From Ascidiella aspersa (lineage: Eukaryota), in NCBI GenBank assembly GCA_963924565.1, contig OZ004611.1:21018001-21082000 (forward strand): DNA of 64,000 bases. Direction: 5' to 3'. This document shows positions 38,229 through 52,518 of this stretch, in pieces (the first letter of the stretch is position 1; each line of letters opens with the position of its first letter). Made by a program: the position numbers and the translations under genes. The notes beneath the pieces are model-generated. The model made no database searches and was not told the DNA's origin. It was given only the letters and a program-made list of their open reading frames with translations.

Positions 38229-41200
38229 ATGATGACGGAGTACAAGCCGAGCAAGATCTTCGGGATTCCTGGCGAATCTGGTGTTATAAGCATAAATTCA
38301 GACAACATGGTTATTTTCGGCAAGCACGATACACTTCCGATGCTGGCGGTCAAATGCCATATACCAAAGGGCGATGGCACCGACAATATTGAAGGGTATG
38401 ACATTCAACAACAATTCACTGTCTATCGGGAATAAATTTTCACGTGTAATTTGCAGGCTAAAATTTAAAAAAAAAATATTTTTTTAATTACCTTACTTTG
38501 CCTTTTATCCAAATTACCTGACTTGGCTTGCAAAGCAGTTTACTCGTTATACGTTGTATTTCTGTTGTTTGCTGATTCAAATATCGCCCCATGATCCGAT
38601 AAGTTTATCTCGTTTCTTTAGCGTCAAGAATCATGTCGGCCTGTGCCAGCAAATTGACCACAAGAACGCAGTGAAAACCCTGGGTTTCACAACATGGCAA
38701 TCCGGTGCCGCGACCCTGATGAAGTTCGAGCCTGGCACCACTTTAGAAAGCCTCCTGCGAAACGGCGATCGCATGAACCCGGCAGTCAAACTGCAACTGA
38801 TCCGAGACGTCGTAAGCGGAATCAGCCACTTGCACAACCTGTCCGATTACACCCAGGTCACTCACGGCAACATCGAACTAAGCAACATCCTGGTCACTCA
38901 CGATATGCGCTGCAAAATCGCCGGGCTCAGTCACTTACGTGAGTGGGATTTCCGAGAGCAAAGCTGCACAGCGCATGATCTTCAGTCAGCCAAGGAGAAA
39001 GACGTGCACGCCGTCGGCAAGATCATGCACGCAGTGCTGGCGGAAAGCCCTCAAGGAGCGACTTATTTCAACATCGACCAAATCCCGATTCCTGATGGTC
39101 CGAGCGGCGAGGTTATCAAACACCTCAAATCGTTGGCGGTTCAATGCGTTAGCCGAATCCCAACGATGCGACCCGCTGCGCTATATCTCGAACACCAGCT
39201 GATAAGCTTGGAAAAATATTTGAGCGCCAATAAGATGCAGTCATGCTGCTACGAAAGCGTTTTAGGAAGTGTCTTGTTATGTTGTCCGTCCCAAGACCAA
39301 ATGATACAACCGTTAAATAGATACTTCGACGAAGACCTGACAAGTAAGTTAAACTCAATTATCCCGTATAATACAGGAACTAAAATAACTGGAGATCAGT
39401 GACGGCGCATAATCGATATTGGGCGTTATTCGTTAAACCCACACAAAAGTAAATGTAATAAGAATATCAAAGCCCATACAGAAGTAGGTATCAAAGTAGA
39501 TGTGATTCATCCAAGCCAGTGTTAAATTTTTCACAATAAAAATGAATTTAGTGGGATAGCCTTCATTGATGGCCTTACTTAACAAAGTTGCTTGTAAAGT
39601 GGAATATTTTTCCTAATTTCGTATTTTACGAATTGCTGTGTCTGGTATAATTTGTGTATTATGTATATTTTGTGTCTATGTTTAAAGAACAAATATATAT
39701 ATTCGAAAAGTTGAGACAAAGTTACTCATCACAGGGATGTACAATAATATCGCATCGGAGCCGATGCCCGATACCCTTATAAATTTCTTGGTCCAACGAT
39801 AAACAAGATTTCTTATGTGAAAGAAATTTTGCTCATTTACTTATTCGCAAATTATTCCCTTTGTACGTTTCTATTTGATAAATCGTACTTGACAAAAAGA
39901 CATACTTTGGTATCGGATCGAAGCCGTACTTTTGTTCAAAAAATCATGTATCGGCTATGGAATAAAATATACGTGTATCTACGAACTTTAATATTTTGTT
40001 TGGTATACGAAACTAAAGTATTTTCCTTAAAATATGTTTGGTATCGATTAGAGATCGATTATAATTTTTGTAATGCGTATAGCCCAACTGAGCCATGGAC
40101 TTGTGATCTAACCTTTTGAAGCTGTACTGAACATAAACTATACATACCTGATAGGGCCAACTGATTTTCTGTGGCCCATCATACAAATATCTACGCACAG
40201 ATTTAAAAGATATAACCTCTTACTGTTTTCAAGGCCAGGCGTCGGGTTTTTGCAGCGACGATTCCGATCCCGTCTTTGTCGAATCAGACGAAACCTATCC
40301 GAAGTCACCAGTTGGCGATCGAACGCCAAGCAAAAACGGTGAGTTTTTTCTAAGCGAGTTCACAACTTTCTCGCTAAATCGTCTAAACGGTTTACGCAAG
40401 GGGTTTGCAACACTTCACTAGTCGCTGACCATACCTACACTCACAAAGGTACCTGCAGGCCGTACTAAATGTTAACTTATACTTATGTTAAAGCGTGTTT
40501 AGTTTAGGCTTTTACACAACAACTGGAAATCAACCTCGTTTTTTTGCATTTGAAAAATGGTCTAATTAGCCTACATTTAAGAAAGCATGTGCTTGCGTTT
40601 GTTTGGTTTAAATTTCGGGTCAGCGCTACGTCATCCATGATCAAAATGAAAAAGTATAATAGAAATATTTTAGGGAAACGCGATATATTTAATCGTTAAT
40701 CTAGCTTATAGTGTAATTTAAATAGGGCGGTTAAACTTTTGATATTATGTTCATATTTCAAAGACGCAAAAACTGGTGCGCAGCACAACAAAAACATTCA
40801 GATCTAGGTGCCGTACTAAGTTGGCGAAACTTTCTTTGCTGATTGTTTCAGGTTATGTACAGCGCATTTAGGCTGAAAAGCTTCCCTTTAAACGCAAACA
40901 TACCAGATGAATAAATAAGATTCGCGAGAGTTTTTTACGTTTACGTTGTTAGAATAGACAAAAAATATATAGAAAACTCTAGCTTGTCCGGTTTGCAAAA
41001 GAAGTGACGGTCGGTGGGTTGGATGATAGAGTTCAAGCCAAGCGAACAGGATCCTTCCCGCGGGCCGCAGGTTTCCGAACCCTTGGCATTACTGATATTT
41101 TGCGGACCCCAAAAGCACCACAATCCCGGTTTTTCGAACCGCAACTGCCGAAAAAGGATTTTTTTTTTAAATGTAAAATATATTTAGGCTACCCCTTGGG

Positions 41201-44200
41201 ATGCAAAAATGTTTTACGAATTTCCCACATACAGACTTAGTGGTTTGGTATAACTATGTCCTTCTGCATAAAAAGTTACGTTTTTTTCATGTGGTAGGCT
41301 AAATCTCGGTTTGAAAGTTACGAAGTATGGATTATAAAATGGATATAATTTTAAACTGTATGAAGTGCGTCATTTTGAAATACTACGAAATGTTACTGGC
41401 ATATTCAAACGTACAAATTTTAAACATACGCTTTTGAAAAAATGTACATATAGCACGCCTCTATTTATTATTCGTGTCTGCTATGCTATAAAATAAAAAA
41501 AAAAAATATATGTATACTATATAGGCGCTAAACTGTGCAGAGCAAATTAAAAAAAATCAAGTATGGAATAACTGAATTATCACGAAATAGTTGACGTTGC
41601 CGGCTGCAACTTAGTGACGCTCGTGGCAACACCTTACACAGCTTCACGATAAGGTTGTGTTTGTTTTAGACCGACGAAGTCGCGCCGATGCCATCAATGA
41701 AAATCAACAACCTCTCAACAGGCAAAGTGCAAGGTGTGTTTGACTCGCTTAAGATTATTTAAAACAAAACTATTTTTTATGTGTTCAATAAATCAGGGGT
41801 GAGCAACCTACGACTCGCCAATGTAAATTATCTGTCCCGCCGCCTTTTTGACCTACTTGGAAAGACAGGCCATCCGACATATAGTTGGCATATGCTTGCA
41901 TTTTGAATAAATTATTCCAGCCTAAATTAAGTCACCGTGCATACCGTCGATAACTATCAACTTTTTAATTGCCTAAATATCCTAGGCCAGCCTTATAACA
42001 GGTGTCATCATAAAATGATTAATGAAAAAAAAACAAGTTGAGACAACAAAATTGTGCGTGAAACCATAGAATACTAATCACAATTAGTATTCTATGGTGA
42101 AACTTAATTACGGTCCGCGGAGCGGCCGAGACCTTTTTGAATTTGGCGGTTTGTTTTGCTGAAGAATCGGACTCGGGACTCGAGTAAGACGACCAAAAAC
42201 TACCCGAGTCCGACATGCGTATGTGCAGTACGAAATTTTTAAACTGATATTGCTGCCAACTGGAAAAAAGGCGGAATAGCATATGGTGGATATTTTCCGG
42301 CGCTCTTTCACTATTGTACGTGAAAAGTTATGCAAAAAAATAATAATAATAATACCGCATACCACAACGCATATTGTTTGGGTTAGGGTGCGGGTTTGGG
42401 TGAGGGTGGGTCAAGTAATATTATGTTTATTATTAATAATAACTTGACCCACCCTCAACCAAACGCTAACCCGCACCCTAACCCAAGCAATATGTGTTGT
42501 GGTATGCAGCATTTAAAGAAAAATTTTTATCTATTAATTTTTACGTACAATAGTGAAAGAGCGCCTATTTTCCAACCATGTATTGTGAGTAAATGGTTTA
42601 TATGACACCCCTATAAATGGATTGCTGAATATCCACCGATCCAAGTTATTTTAGTTGTGTAAATTGGCAGAATACAGGCTGTAGAGTCAGGGCCGGCGTT
42701 GGGACTCGAGGAAATCGCACATTTGACCTCAGTCGGACTCAGGTTATTTTTAACCGACTCCGCAGCCCTGCCCACCATTGCCATAACTGATGGTATATCG
42801 CCTACATCAGCAGAGAATGTTTGCTGCTCTACACCGATGAACTGCATATTTCCGTCAGCTTATATAAATTACCGTGATCTAAGTAAACACGTCTTATATA
42901 GTAAAATGACCTTCCTCGAGCTTATGTTTAATAGGTTTTCCTACTCATAAAGGTGTTGACCTACGGTTTATTTAGAATTTGTGAAATGTTGGCAGAAACC
43001 ATAATTCGTCAAGCCTGGCAGGCACTTATTCAACCGAGATAAGCAACAATGGGGAAAGTAATCAAGTAGATGAAGGCTCGTACAGTCAATATAGCGGTAA
43101 GAACCCATTTGAATTCGAGTAGTAACAAACTTTTCTGTACGTTAAACAGTACACGAATGTTTAATATAATTTCACAACATGTGGCCATTCAATAATGCAA
43201 AACAAAACGCTCTTCTGAGTTTAATTCGCAAGTATTTGATAACTATAAAACGAAGAATATACGCGCAAAGCGTGAAATGTTTTTTAAATGCATATAGCCT
43301 AGTAAAAGTTGGCAAAAAATATAGTTCAACAGGCTCTTAGAACCACATTTGACACGTGGGCCTTTCCAAGCTGAGCCAATTTAAAAATTCTATGACACAC
43401 CAACTTTTGAAATAGAGTGCCACGATTGCACGGCTATCATGCGGCCCACAACTACATGATAACACTAAACTATTCTACAAAAATAACTCACGGCCCACAA
43501 AAATGGCTCTGCGGCCCACATTTGGGCCGCGGCCTACAGTTTGCCGACCACTGCTTTTACACCATCCTTCTAAGAATTTAATCATAGGTTATTTACTTTT
43601 TTTGTATTTTAGATTTTTTATATTCAAAGGAAATTGTGTTGGGGGATCTCATGCACTTATACGATAGAAGGGTTAAAGTAAACTTAATCACAATAAACTT
43701 TGTTCTTAATGAGAACCTTTCTAAATAAAAAACATAACAGGACTACAAATTATAAAGCGAGCCTCTATGTGCATAAACTTAATGCGAGACTTATCTATCA
43801 CAGAAATAGATCCGCCGCCAGAAGAAACCGTAACCATCAAAAACCAGTAAGATTTTCATATTATTTTTGTTTTCTAATTATCTAAACGTTAGTTATTTTC
43901 AATTCAATTGTTTGTAAATCTTTGATACTGCTAGTATGTTTACAACAAAACCTTGTTTGATATTGCAAAAGTTGTTTTAAAATACCGATTATATGCCATT
44001 TTTTGAATATTGTAATTTAATTTGTAAATTAAAGCACACTGTCGTAGGCCCCGTCAAGTATTGGCAAATACTTTTAAGGATTTTGTTCCAGTATATTTTT
44101 CTTTCTGTAAGCCTATAAATGTAGTTATTTAACAGTAATTAAAGATACTGCGATACTAAAAATGTGACAGTTTACTGAAACAATTTGCCCTGAATATGTT

Positions 44201-47200
44201 ACAAGTTACATAGATTTTAATATAAAAGATGCTGAAGGTAAACTGCAGGCAGGGGTTGAGGGACAACGATTTTGATTTTGTCACATTGTTATGTCATAAC
44301 AGGATCCATGATACATGTAACTTAAAGAAACTATCGTTTTTGAAATGTGCAACTAGATTTTGTCTTCATATACTGGTACTAAAGAAGTTGATGTCGAAAA
44401 GATAGTGTAAAAATGCGTTGATGTAGTTCAAATTGACCAAACGTTTAATTTAGAAGATACTGTGATGCCGTGATCACAAGATCATTATATTTGCACATTA
44501 CTCGATAAACTGGCCTTCATCAATGTGATTTAAGAAAAAAGGTGTGAGATGTTGACCACACAGCTGTACAGAAACTACTATCAAAGTTTGCGCAAAGCGA
44601 GAAAACATACCGGTCATTTACCTAGTTTAAATCTCGAGTTGGATGCCAGTAACATGCGATAAAATGAGCATATAGCAAAGAAGTTTTAGATTCAACCAAA
44701 AGCGCAAAACAAATGGCGTTAATTGGAATTGGCAGAAATTGCGTTTCGACCGAGTATAAGTTCAAGAGGCAATACCAGCTAATATTTAAATTGGCTTGAG
44801 TTGTAATTTAAATTTGGTATATTTACCGAACAATACAGCCACCATAAAACACGAAATTTTCTGCAAAACATATTAAAAGTGACTACAAAAATGCATATAA
44901 AACACACTTTTGAAATTTTGTTTACATAGGTAAAATAGACATAAAGTATAGTTTAAGGGGGTGGCCTCGTTCCTTGCTTTGTGCCAGTTGTAAGTTCAAA
45001 CTTTAAAGGAACTTTAGTATGTTACTTTCCAGAAGCAGCAATGCTCAGACGAAGAAATCCCAGCTACCATCTCAACCTTGTCAGGTATTAGTGTCCTGTT
45101 GTCATTTATATCGGAAGGTACTGTATATACCTACTTATTTCAACCAATATTTGTATCAGATTTAAGTTTAAGTATCATTTGTGTAGCTGGTAAACCGGAA
45201 ATATTGCGATGTTTAGGCCTATGCGAAAGGGCAAAAATATAGTTGTCTATATACATACATATATTCATGTATTTTTAAATGAGGTAAATAAAATGTAAAT
45301 GCACTTTCACGTTAAAGGGTCCCAATGCTCTCGAAAATAAATCAACAACCTAATGTCCAATGCAGTTCAAAAATTAAAACCATTAGGTGTAAACCATGAA
45401 AGATTTATTATTTTTTATTTCACCAGACTCTTAAGAAAGATTCGTGGTCTAGCTGTGAGCTCTATAGTAAATATAACAAAAAAAGGTATGTATTCTATAA
45501 AAAAGCTATGTATACTAGAAGACAAAAGTCTTTACAAGTGAAACTTTTAGTTGATAGCACTAGCAGTATATTTTGAAAGCTTAATTGCAATTAGTTTTAT
45601 TGCTTTGTTATTATAATCTAAAACAATAAATTTCTGTGGTCCCAACTATTTTAAAATCATATTTCTTTATACAGAAAACTAATTGCATGAAATGATAACT
45701 TGTTTGCTGAATATTTGAGAAGTCCCTGAAACATAAATTTTGCGTTTGTGTTGTATAGATCTCAAATCAAAACGGAACCATCACGCAAGCCACGATTCGT
45801 TGATCTGCCTCGCAGGGTATAAACTAACATATATGGGTTTACGTTTGAGCAGATTTCAGAAACATTAGGTCGCGCCCCCTCTACATTAGTATTCCAAACC
45901 CTTGACACTAGTATTTCAAAAACATATACTATGTTTGAAAGTCAATTCTTTCGCTTTTTTTAATATGTAAAATGATCTGCTTTATACATTCAATGTTTTT
46001 AGAATAGTATGCACAGCGCGCAGAAAATACAAAGGGCTGTGTAATATTTTGCTATAGTCAGCTTTTGTTTAAAAAACCTTTTTAGGGGCGCCCCCTACTT
46101 AAAAAAATTAAATTAAAGGGATTTGTTCGTTGCAGCAACTTATACTATAGGCACACAGTTTAATACATCTTCTTACGCACATTCTAAACGTGTAAATTGT
46201 ATTTTTACAGGCAAAATCTTTGTTTGCGAAAACTAATCAACAAGGTGAGTCATATATTTAAAGTAATATTTTCCTATGATTTGCACCCAAAAAAGATTAC
46301 AAATGTTTTGTGGTACGCCCATAACATCATATATAAAACAAGTCAAACTTTTTAATCCACAACATCAATAAATACTAATGTTATAAACATTTCAAGTCCA
46401 ATGAGTTTTGATATACTTGCAACGATATTGATTCAGAAACAGATTGTTATCGCCATTTTGTTTTTTAAGCGACAGTCCGTCGGGGAGTAAATCTACTTAA
46501 TCCATGCTGTTCGTTTTGTTAAGAAAACGTTCAAACCAGCCAGAGAAAGGATCTCTCGTGGGTGACGCTACCGGAGGAACTGTGGCAGTTAAAAAGAAAA
46601 AGAGGTTTGTGACAAAATAGTTTCAGTTGATCTCTGTTGGGTAACGATGGCAGTCTTGTATTTTTTTCGGTAAAAAGAGTGACACGGAAAAAATCATAAT
46701 TTATTCTTGAAAAATCACAGTGTGTAGAACAATTTCTGAAATTTGTTCGCCCGTTTGTGATCTCCCTCTATTATAGTAAACTGTGCGCCATTGATAAAAA
46801 CCCAAAACAGGAATATTCATGCAGGATGACTCCGGGTATGGGTCTACAGAAAATCGATCGGCCATTCATAGATTTCTACACATGGTAACGCAAGTAAAAA
46901 ATAACCTGTGGTGAGACCCTGAAGTCCTCAGGCTAATCGGCCCTAACTTGTTTATTCAAGGGTTTTCGAAAGCTTTCCCGCATTCGGGTTGTTACCTCGT
47001 TATTTTTATAGAAACAACATCGTCAAGTCCGCCACTTTCGAGTGGCGGCGTGGCGAAAAATCTGCGCGAAAAAAACGCCAAGGGTCTGCAAAACCAAAAT
47101 TTTAATTCGGCGATGGAATGGTGTCGAAAAATGTGGCGGGAATGCGTGCAGAAAAGCGAACCTTCATGCTGCCGGGGCCTCAGAATGTTTGCAAACCAGC

Positions 47201-48022
47201 TTGGCGACAAAGGCGAAATTTACGACGCGATGCTTCTACTTGTTCTCGCCCTTCGACTCACTTTGGCCATTCAAAAGGCTGAAACGAGATACGGTGAAAT
47301 CGAGAAGTGTTCCGTTGACCTCGTGTATCTCGCCAAAAACCTTGGTCAACCTCTCGTGGTGAACTACCTTCTGCCTTTGGTGGAGGAAATCGGAAATGAT
47401 GTAACGGATGACGTCGAACCCTTCTTCAACTTTACTTTAAGTACTTTGGAGTACTTTTCCGGAGAATACCGGCAAGCTAAAGGTGATTTAAATGGTGCAT
47501 GATGTTTATGAGAGCGCGATGTAATTTAATTTGCAAAATTGCTTAATGCTGTTATGTGTAACCTTTGAAGCCAAGATGTGCATCTCAGCCTTGCTGAAGT
47601 AGGGGTTTCAAGGATTAGGTTGAGAAGTTGCGTGGTAGGTTATGTGTGTATCTGCTTGGCCGCTGAAAACAGTCACGCCTAAACCTGTGTCGTATGAGAT
47701 AGATGAGAACGTTTTTAATCGAGGCTGACTTTTTCGCGTGCATTTTCTAGCTCTGCTCGAGAAAGCGGTTGCTGGCTTGACGCAGCGACACCAGTTAACA
47801 TACAACACCCAAGGCCTTTGCAAGTTCTTTCTTGGCTGTCTGTATATGCGAGACGATACTGACGTCAAGATGTTCGGCAAGGCCATTGCCAGCTTTGAAG
47901 AAGCGAAGCTGGTTTTTGAGAAAAGCAGGAGCACCGTCGACCAAAATCTTTGCTCTCGGGCAATCGAGCAAATAAACATCCGAAAGCAACTGCTGAAATT
48001 AAGTGAAGAGTACATGTTTTAG
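38229..48022 (+). CDS. Pseudokinase (RIPK/TKL-like) + low-complexity linker + TPR-like helical domain protein, paralog A (about 705 aa minimal model)
   Basis: Phase-consistent exons: 38229-38395, 38622-39343, 40234-40338, 41670-41733, 42996-43096, 43804-43846, 45759-45816, 46211-46244, 46524-46604, 47012-47482, 47751-48022 (a further exon is possible at 45033-45084). Kinase motifs LAVK, HKNAVKTLG, HGNIELSNIL, KIAGLS, MRP. Exon phases and motifs mirror paralog B. The kinase and helical exons are solid; the linker exons are less certain. Confidence 0.7.
42281..42579. repeat. About 300-bp palindromic foldback element nested in other repeats
   Basis: ggcgctctttcactattgtacgt..gggttagggtgcgggtt..gagggtgggtcaagt is mirrored by acttgacccaccctc..aacccgcaccctaaccc..acgtacaatagtgaaagagcgcc. 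Confidence 0.85.
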
Positions 48023-49487
48023 GAAAAGTCTAAAAAAGTCATTTATACATAAACCAGGCAATAAAATATTTTACCAACTTGTGTTTATACTTTAAATGCG
48101 TAAATTTCGTTTACCATTTTAATATGTTTGTTCTCATGTGAATATATTTTTAGAGCCAGATTGCAACGTGCTTAATCAGTCGTTATACTTTCTAAACTAA
48201 AAGTTACACCAACTTAATCGAGTAAATGCAAGTTTACCTTATTTGTAAGTATTGTTGTATTTAAAATGTGATCCGAGCACCGAAGGTAATCCGCGTGGAC
48301 TGGATATTGTGTCGTAATTCACGCTTCACCTGTATTCATCTTTCTCAATTTGAACTTTCATTTGTGCTCTTTTGTATATTAAGTAAAATAATGCAGATAC
48401 GGGGTAAATGGTCCCTCCAACGTACACGTTTTGCCAAATCATAAACTCAAAACGTCGAGCGATGTGCGAATACTTTCAGGTGTTAAATGTGTCACGTCTT
48501 CCTCAACTTTAACATTTTTGCCAACGTAATCCAAATAAACGCCATTTTTTCCCGCTTTGCAAGTAGTTTTTTTTTGTTTCATATCTTTGAATGTATGTCG
48601 ATTCGATTTCCGCACGAGAACGAACGCTAACGTAATAAATTTAGGACCGGTATCTTGCAATGCCTGCTTCAAGAACTTTTGACATTATAAGCTCTTTTAG
48701 GACTGAATCTTGCAATCCCAGGCATACCTGTGAATAGCAATGTGCGCTATTTTGAAACCCACGTATTTTTGCCTATTGCCCCAAACTATATTGTTTTTAA
48801 CATATGGCTATTGTATTATGCATATCAACTTTGAAAACAAGATAAACATAATCACAAGAAACACTTTTTGGTTTCTAAACATACAGCTGTGAATTCAATA
48901 GCCCTCGCAACGTGTTTGTCAAAATCATTTGGAAAAATGACTTTACAATAATAACTGTTCAAGTTTGTTGTGTTCCCGGATACCTCTCATCACCTGCACC
49001 CGCTGTATCATACATTTTTTCGTCCTTTGAAAACATACTATTTTTTCAAGAAATTGATAACTGGATGTTAAGTCATGATAGTGAACGAGTCCAGTGGTCG
49101 CTTGCAGCATCCACAATAATTTTAGCATCCATGCTTATCTCAGAGTAAAAAAGGTCATTCAAAACTTTGCCTATTAAAAGAAAAGCTTCTAATCAGTCTA
49201 AAGCTAGTGTTGGTAGTTCTGCTTTAAAGAATACTACTACTTGCTTTGTTAAGATTTGTACCAAGATCCCCCTCAAACGAATTTGGACCAAAAAGTAGTA
49301 AATGTAAAGATGTGTTCAATGAACCATATTCTGACTATTCTGAACATGGGTACGTCGCTTGTGAAATGCAGTTTGCGATAGACGATGTTTTGTTTAAATT
49401 TAAAAAAAGTTATTTTGGTATTTGTTTCACTTCTATTAATTTGGTAGCATATGAGAAATATTAGGTCAGCTAATGCACAGCCTAGAC

Positions 49488-50366
49488 CAGGGTGGTCCAA
49501 ACCCAGGCCTGCGGACCACATGTGACCCGCGACATCATTTTTCGTAGCCCGCGAAACACTGTTGACTTAATTGCCATGCGTATGCCTTTAAGGGTTTAAT
49601 CAAGAAATGTAAGAGAACAACGAACAGCAAGCTTCTTCGAATTGTTTGGTTATGATTACATTTCCCCGTTGCACCATTAAATAAACCAGTTTGCCGCTCA
49701 TCAAGTTTTGATCCAGGGGGTGTCAAGAAAGACTAATTTTTGATATATGTTAGACCGGTTTGAAGGTCGCAGAACGTCCTATATGGAACTTTTCTAAATG
49801 GCCGTTTGGCGAACTTTTAAGTTATATTTGCGTTTTGTTTTGTTTTTTGATATGAACATAACATAAAAAGTAGCCTACGACCCTATATAAATAATAACTT
49901 TTAAGAAAATGAACGATAAAATATATCGCGCTTCTAGAAAGTATTGTTTTTCAGGTTTTCACTGTGACTAAAGGCTAACGTCCTGACTTTTTCCTGGTGC
50001 AATTTCAGCAAAATTGATCTAGTTAAAATGCATTCTACGCCTATAAAATGCAGTCTTCTAAAGTAAAAGTTTTGTAAAAATAAGCAATTTTTTCGCGCTT
50101 CGCGCGCACCATTTTGCCGGTCTCATTATCACTCGATTGCATTTCGCACAAGTTCGATGAGAGCAGCAAGTTTCTGAAGTTTACAGTGCATTCTTTCGAT
50201 GTTCCTTTTTTACGAAGCTTTGTGGCGTCATCTTTAAACAATTCATGCCTCGACCAAACGAAAATCATTGATCGGCTCCTGGCACGCATGTAGCACTTAA
50301 TGTGGCCTGCGAAGAATAAGCAAGAAATATTGTGGCCCGCGATGCTGTCAACCTGGGACCACCCTA
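49488..50366. mobile_element. hAT-type MITE
   Basis: Ends CAGGGTGGTCCAAACC / CCTGGGACCACCCTA; degenerate TSD ..TAGAC. Confidence 0.6.
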
Positions 50367-52122
50367 ACATAGACAACCATTTCAATTTTATATTAACCAG
50401 ATTCAACGCTCTTACGACGTAGGCCTATAGTACTCAACTAAAATATGTTCAGCCTATAAGAAGCTATAAAAGAAGCATGTATGGAATAACTTGACTGATG
50501 ACGTCACGTAACTTCTAACGACATTTCAAAACTTTTTGTGCGCCCAAAAACCAAAATTCTAAATCCGCCACTTCCACCACCGAAAGAACTTAAATTACTT
50601 TTTAGACGTTAGGAACACAGGAGGAACCAACATCAAAGCCTTTTCGGTTGCTGCCATTTAAAATAGATTTCCAAAAGTAAATAGGATTTCGTCCTGAATG
50701 GACCCGGTTTGCCCCACCTTTTCTATTTTCCTCGTCTTTCTGGTGCAACCGTATGAAGGCCATAGGATCTATACCAGTTCAATTTGTGTTTGTCAATTTT
50801 GCATTAAGAAAGAGTTGAATTAATCAACCAAAATGTCACTAAACCTATTGCTAATTCTTATGAAATTAATTTTTTTTGATACTAAAGCGTATAAAATATT
50901 TATATATTTTAGAGTATTTAGTCATTAAGGCTAAACATTTTGACAAGTTTCTAAGGAATATTTCTTTTATAGTTAAACCCTAGGACATTTATCGTGGGAA
51001 TAAAAAAATTGACGAGAGTTTTTTTTGAAATAGTTGAGTTCATACGTAACCTATAGTGCTTGCAATTGTTACAATCCGAAAACGGAAAAGGAACCACAAC
51101 TGCATAGTGAAAAGATACCTAATAACTTTTTCGATAAACCAATTGTTTATTCATCTTTAAGGTTCAGTTTCCATAAAAAGTATTTGTTCATGATCTTTTT
51201 TCTTGTTTTAAGTCGATTACGGCTTTTTTCATTTCTTCGTCGGCGTTCTTGACAACCAGCCCACATATGTGAGAAATAGAATTCAACAACTATTTAGAAT
51301 TACCCGACACCTGCGACAAAACACCTATTTTACAATACCAACGTTCGGTGAACTAAAACCACTTTGCTGGACAAGACGACAGTACCATGCTTAAACAATT
51401 TTGGGGTTAAAATTGGTCGAGTCCGTTCATTAATGTGATCAAATATTTTTAGGGTCGGAAAATTTGAACCTACATGATTTTCATATAAATCTGACGGTTT
51501 TAAAGGCAAATGTATCATTTACCGCCGAAGTTGTGTGGCCCGTGAACCTGTGTTATTAAACTTCAAACCTTGATATTCAAGCCGCAACGGCTTACTACCA
51601 CAAATATATTCATTAAGATAATTTCCAACATCTGACAAAATCTCTTGCTTCAATTTTTAGGGATATATGGGTGACCATGTGATATGTGTTATCGCTTAAT
51701 TGATCAGTATTAACTAACGAAAACTCGGAAATCTTGGGTTACCTGCAATCCAGGTGGTGAATTAGGATGGACTGGTTTAGAAAAAAGCCATTGAAACATA
51801 TACAATTTTTTTTTTGTTTAAGCACTTGTATCTTTATCAAAATAAACTAATTTCAATTTTTCGTAGTACTAGGTGTTGGGAATAGCAGCAGTCAACCCTA
51901 GATTTAGCTTACTTTTTGCAATGTTTAAAAAAAGTGTAAATTTCTTTTTTTCGCACGCGCAAATGTTTTACGATATTCTGTTCTGTTTTAGCCTGGTTTG
52001 ACAATTTTTTAATATCATATCGACCTGATAACTGCCCCATTCCAAAAGCAAGTTTTGACTTAAACCAGATGATTAATAAAGTTAACCCTGTTCCAGAATT
52101 GTTTTTTTACGACCTTCTATAT

Positions 52123-52518
52123 CAGCGGTTCCCAAACTGGGGTCCGTACAGGAGTTTCAGGGGGTCCGCAAGGAGAATTATTTATTATTTTATAAACATT
52201 AGGCTTTAGCGAATGTTTTTGAACATTGTCTGTCATAATTATTAGTTATCACTCATCAGTTATGCTTTATTATTCGATAATAAAGCGCGTTGTACGAGGT
52301 CTCTTGTGGCATCATAAAGCATATATTACGTTGTACTATGCTATACCTGCTAATCGTTCATATTAGTTGGAAAGTTGTTACATTAGAATCATGACTGCAC
52401 CAGTGTACTACAAAAACATGGGTCAACTGACCCTTGAATTTTTGTAGGGCCGCGAAATAATAAAATCATTGCAAAGGGTCCGCCAGGCAAAATTTTTGGA
52501 AGAGTTTGGGAACCGCTG
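52123..52518. mobile_element. hAT-type MITE
   Basis: Perfect 16-bp TIR CAGCGGTTCCCAAACT; perfect TSD TTCTATAT. Confidence 0.9.

Noticed and set aside
38554-39402. MLKL ortholog or stand-alone 282-aa kinase ORF
   Set aside because: No four-helix-bundle domain; the ORF ends run into introns beyond the splice sites at 38622 and 39343.
41002-41070. Possible extra linker exon of paralog A (EVTVGGLDDRVQAKRTGSFPRAA)
   Set aside because: Weak acceptor, and the 3' end resembles a MITE terminus; not needed for frame continuity.
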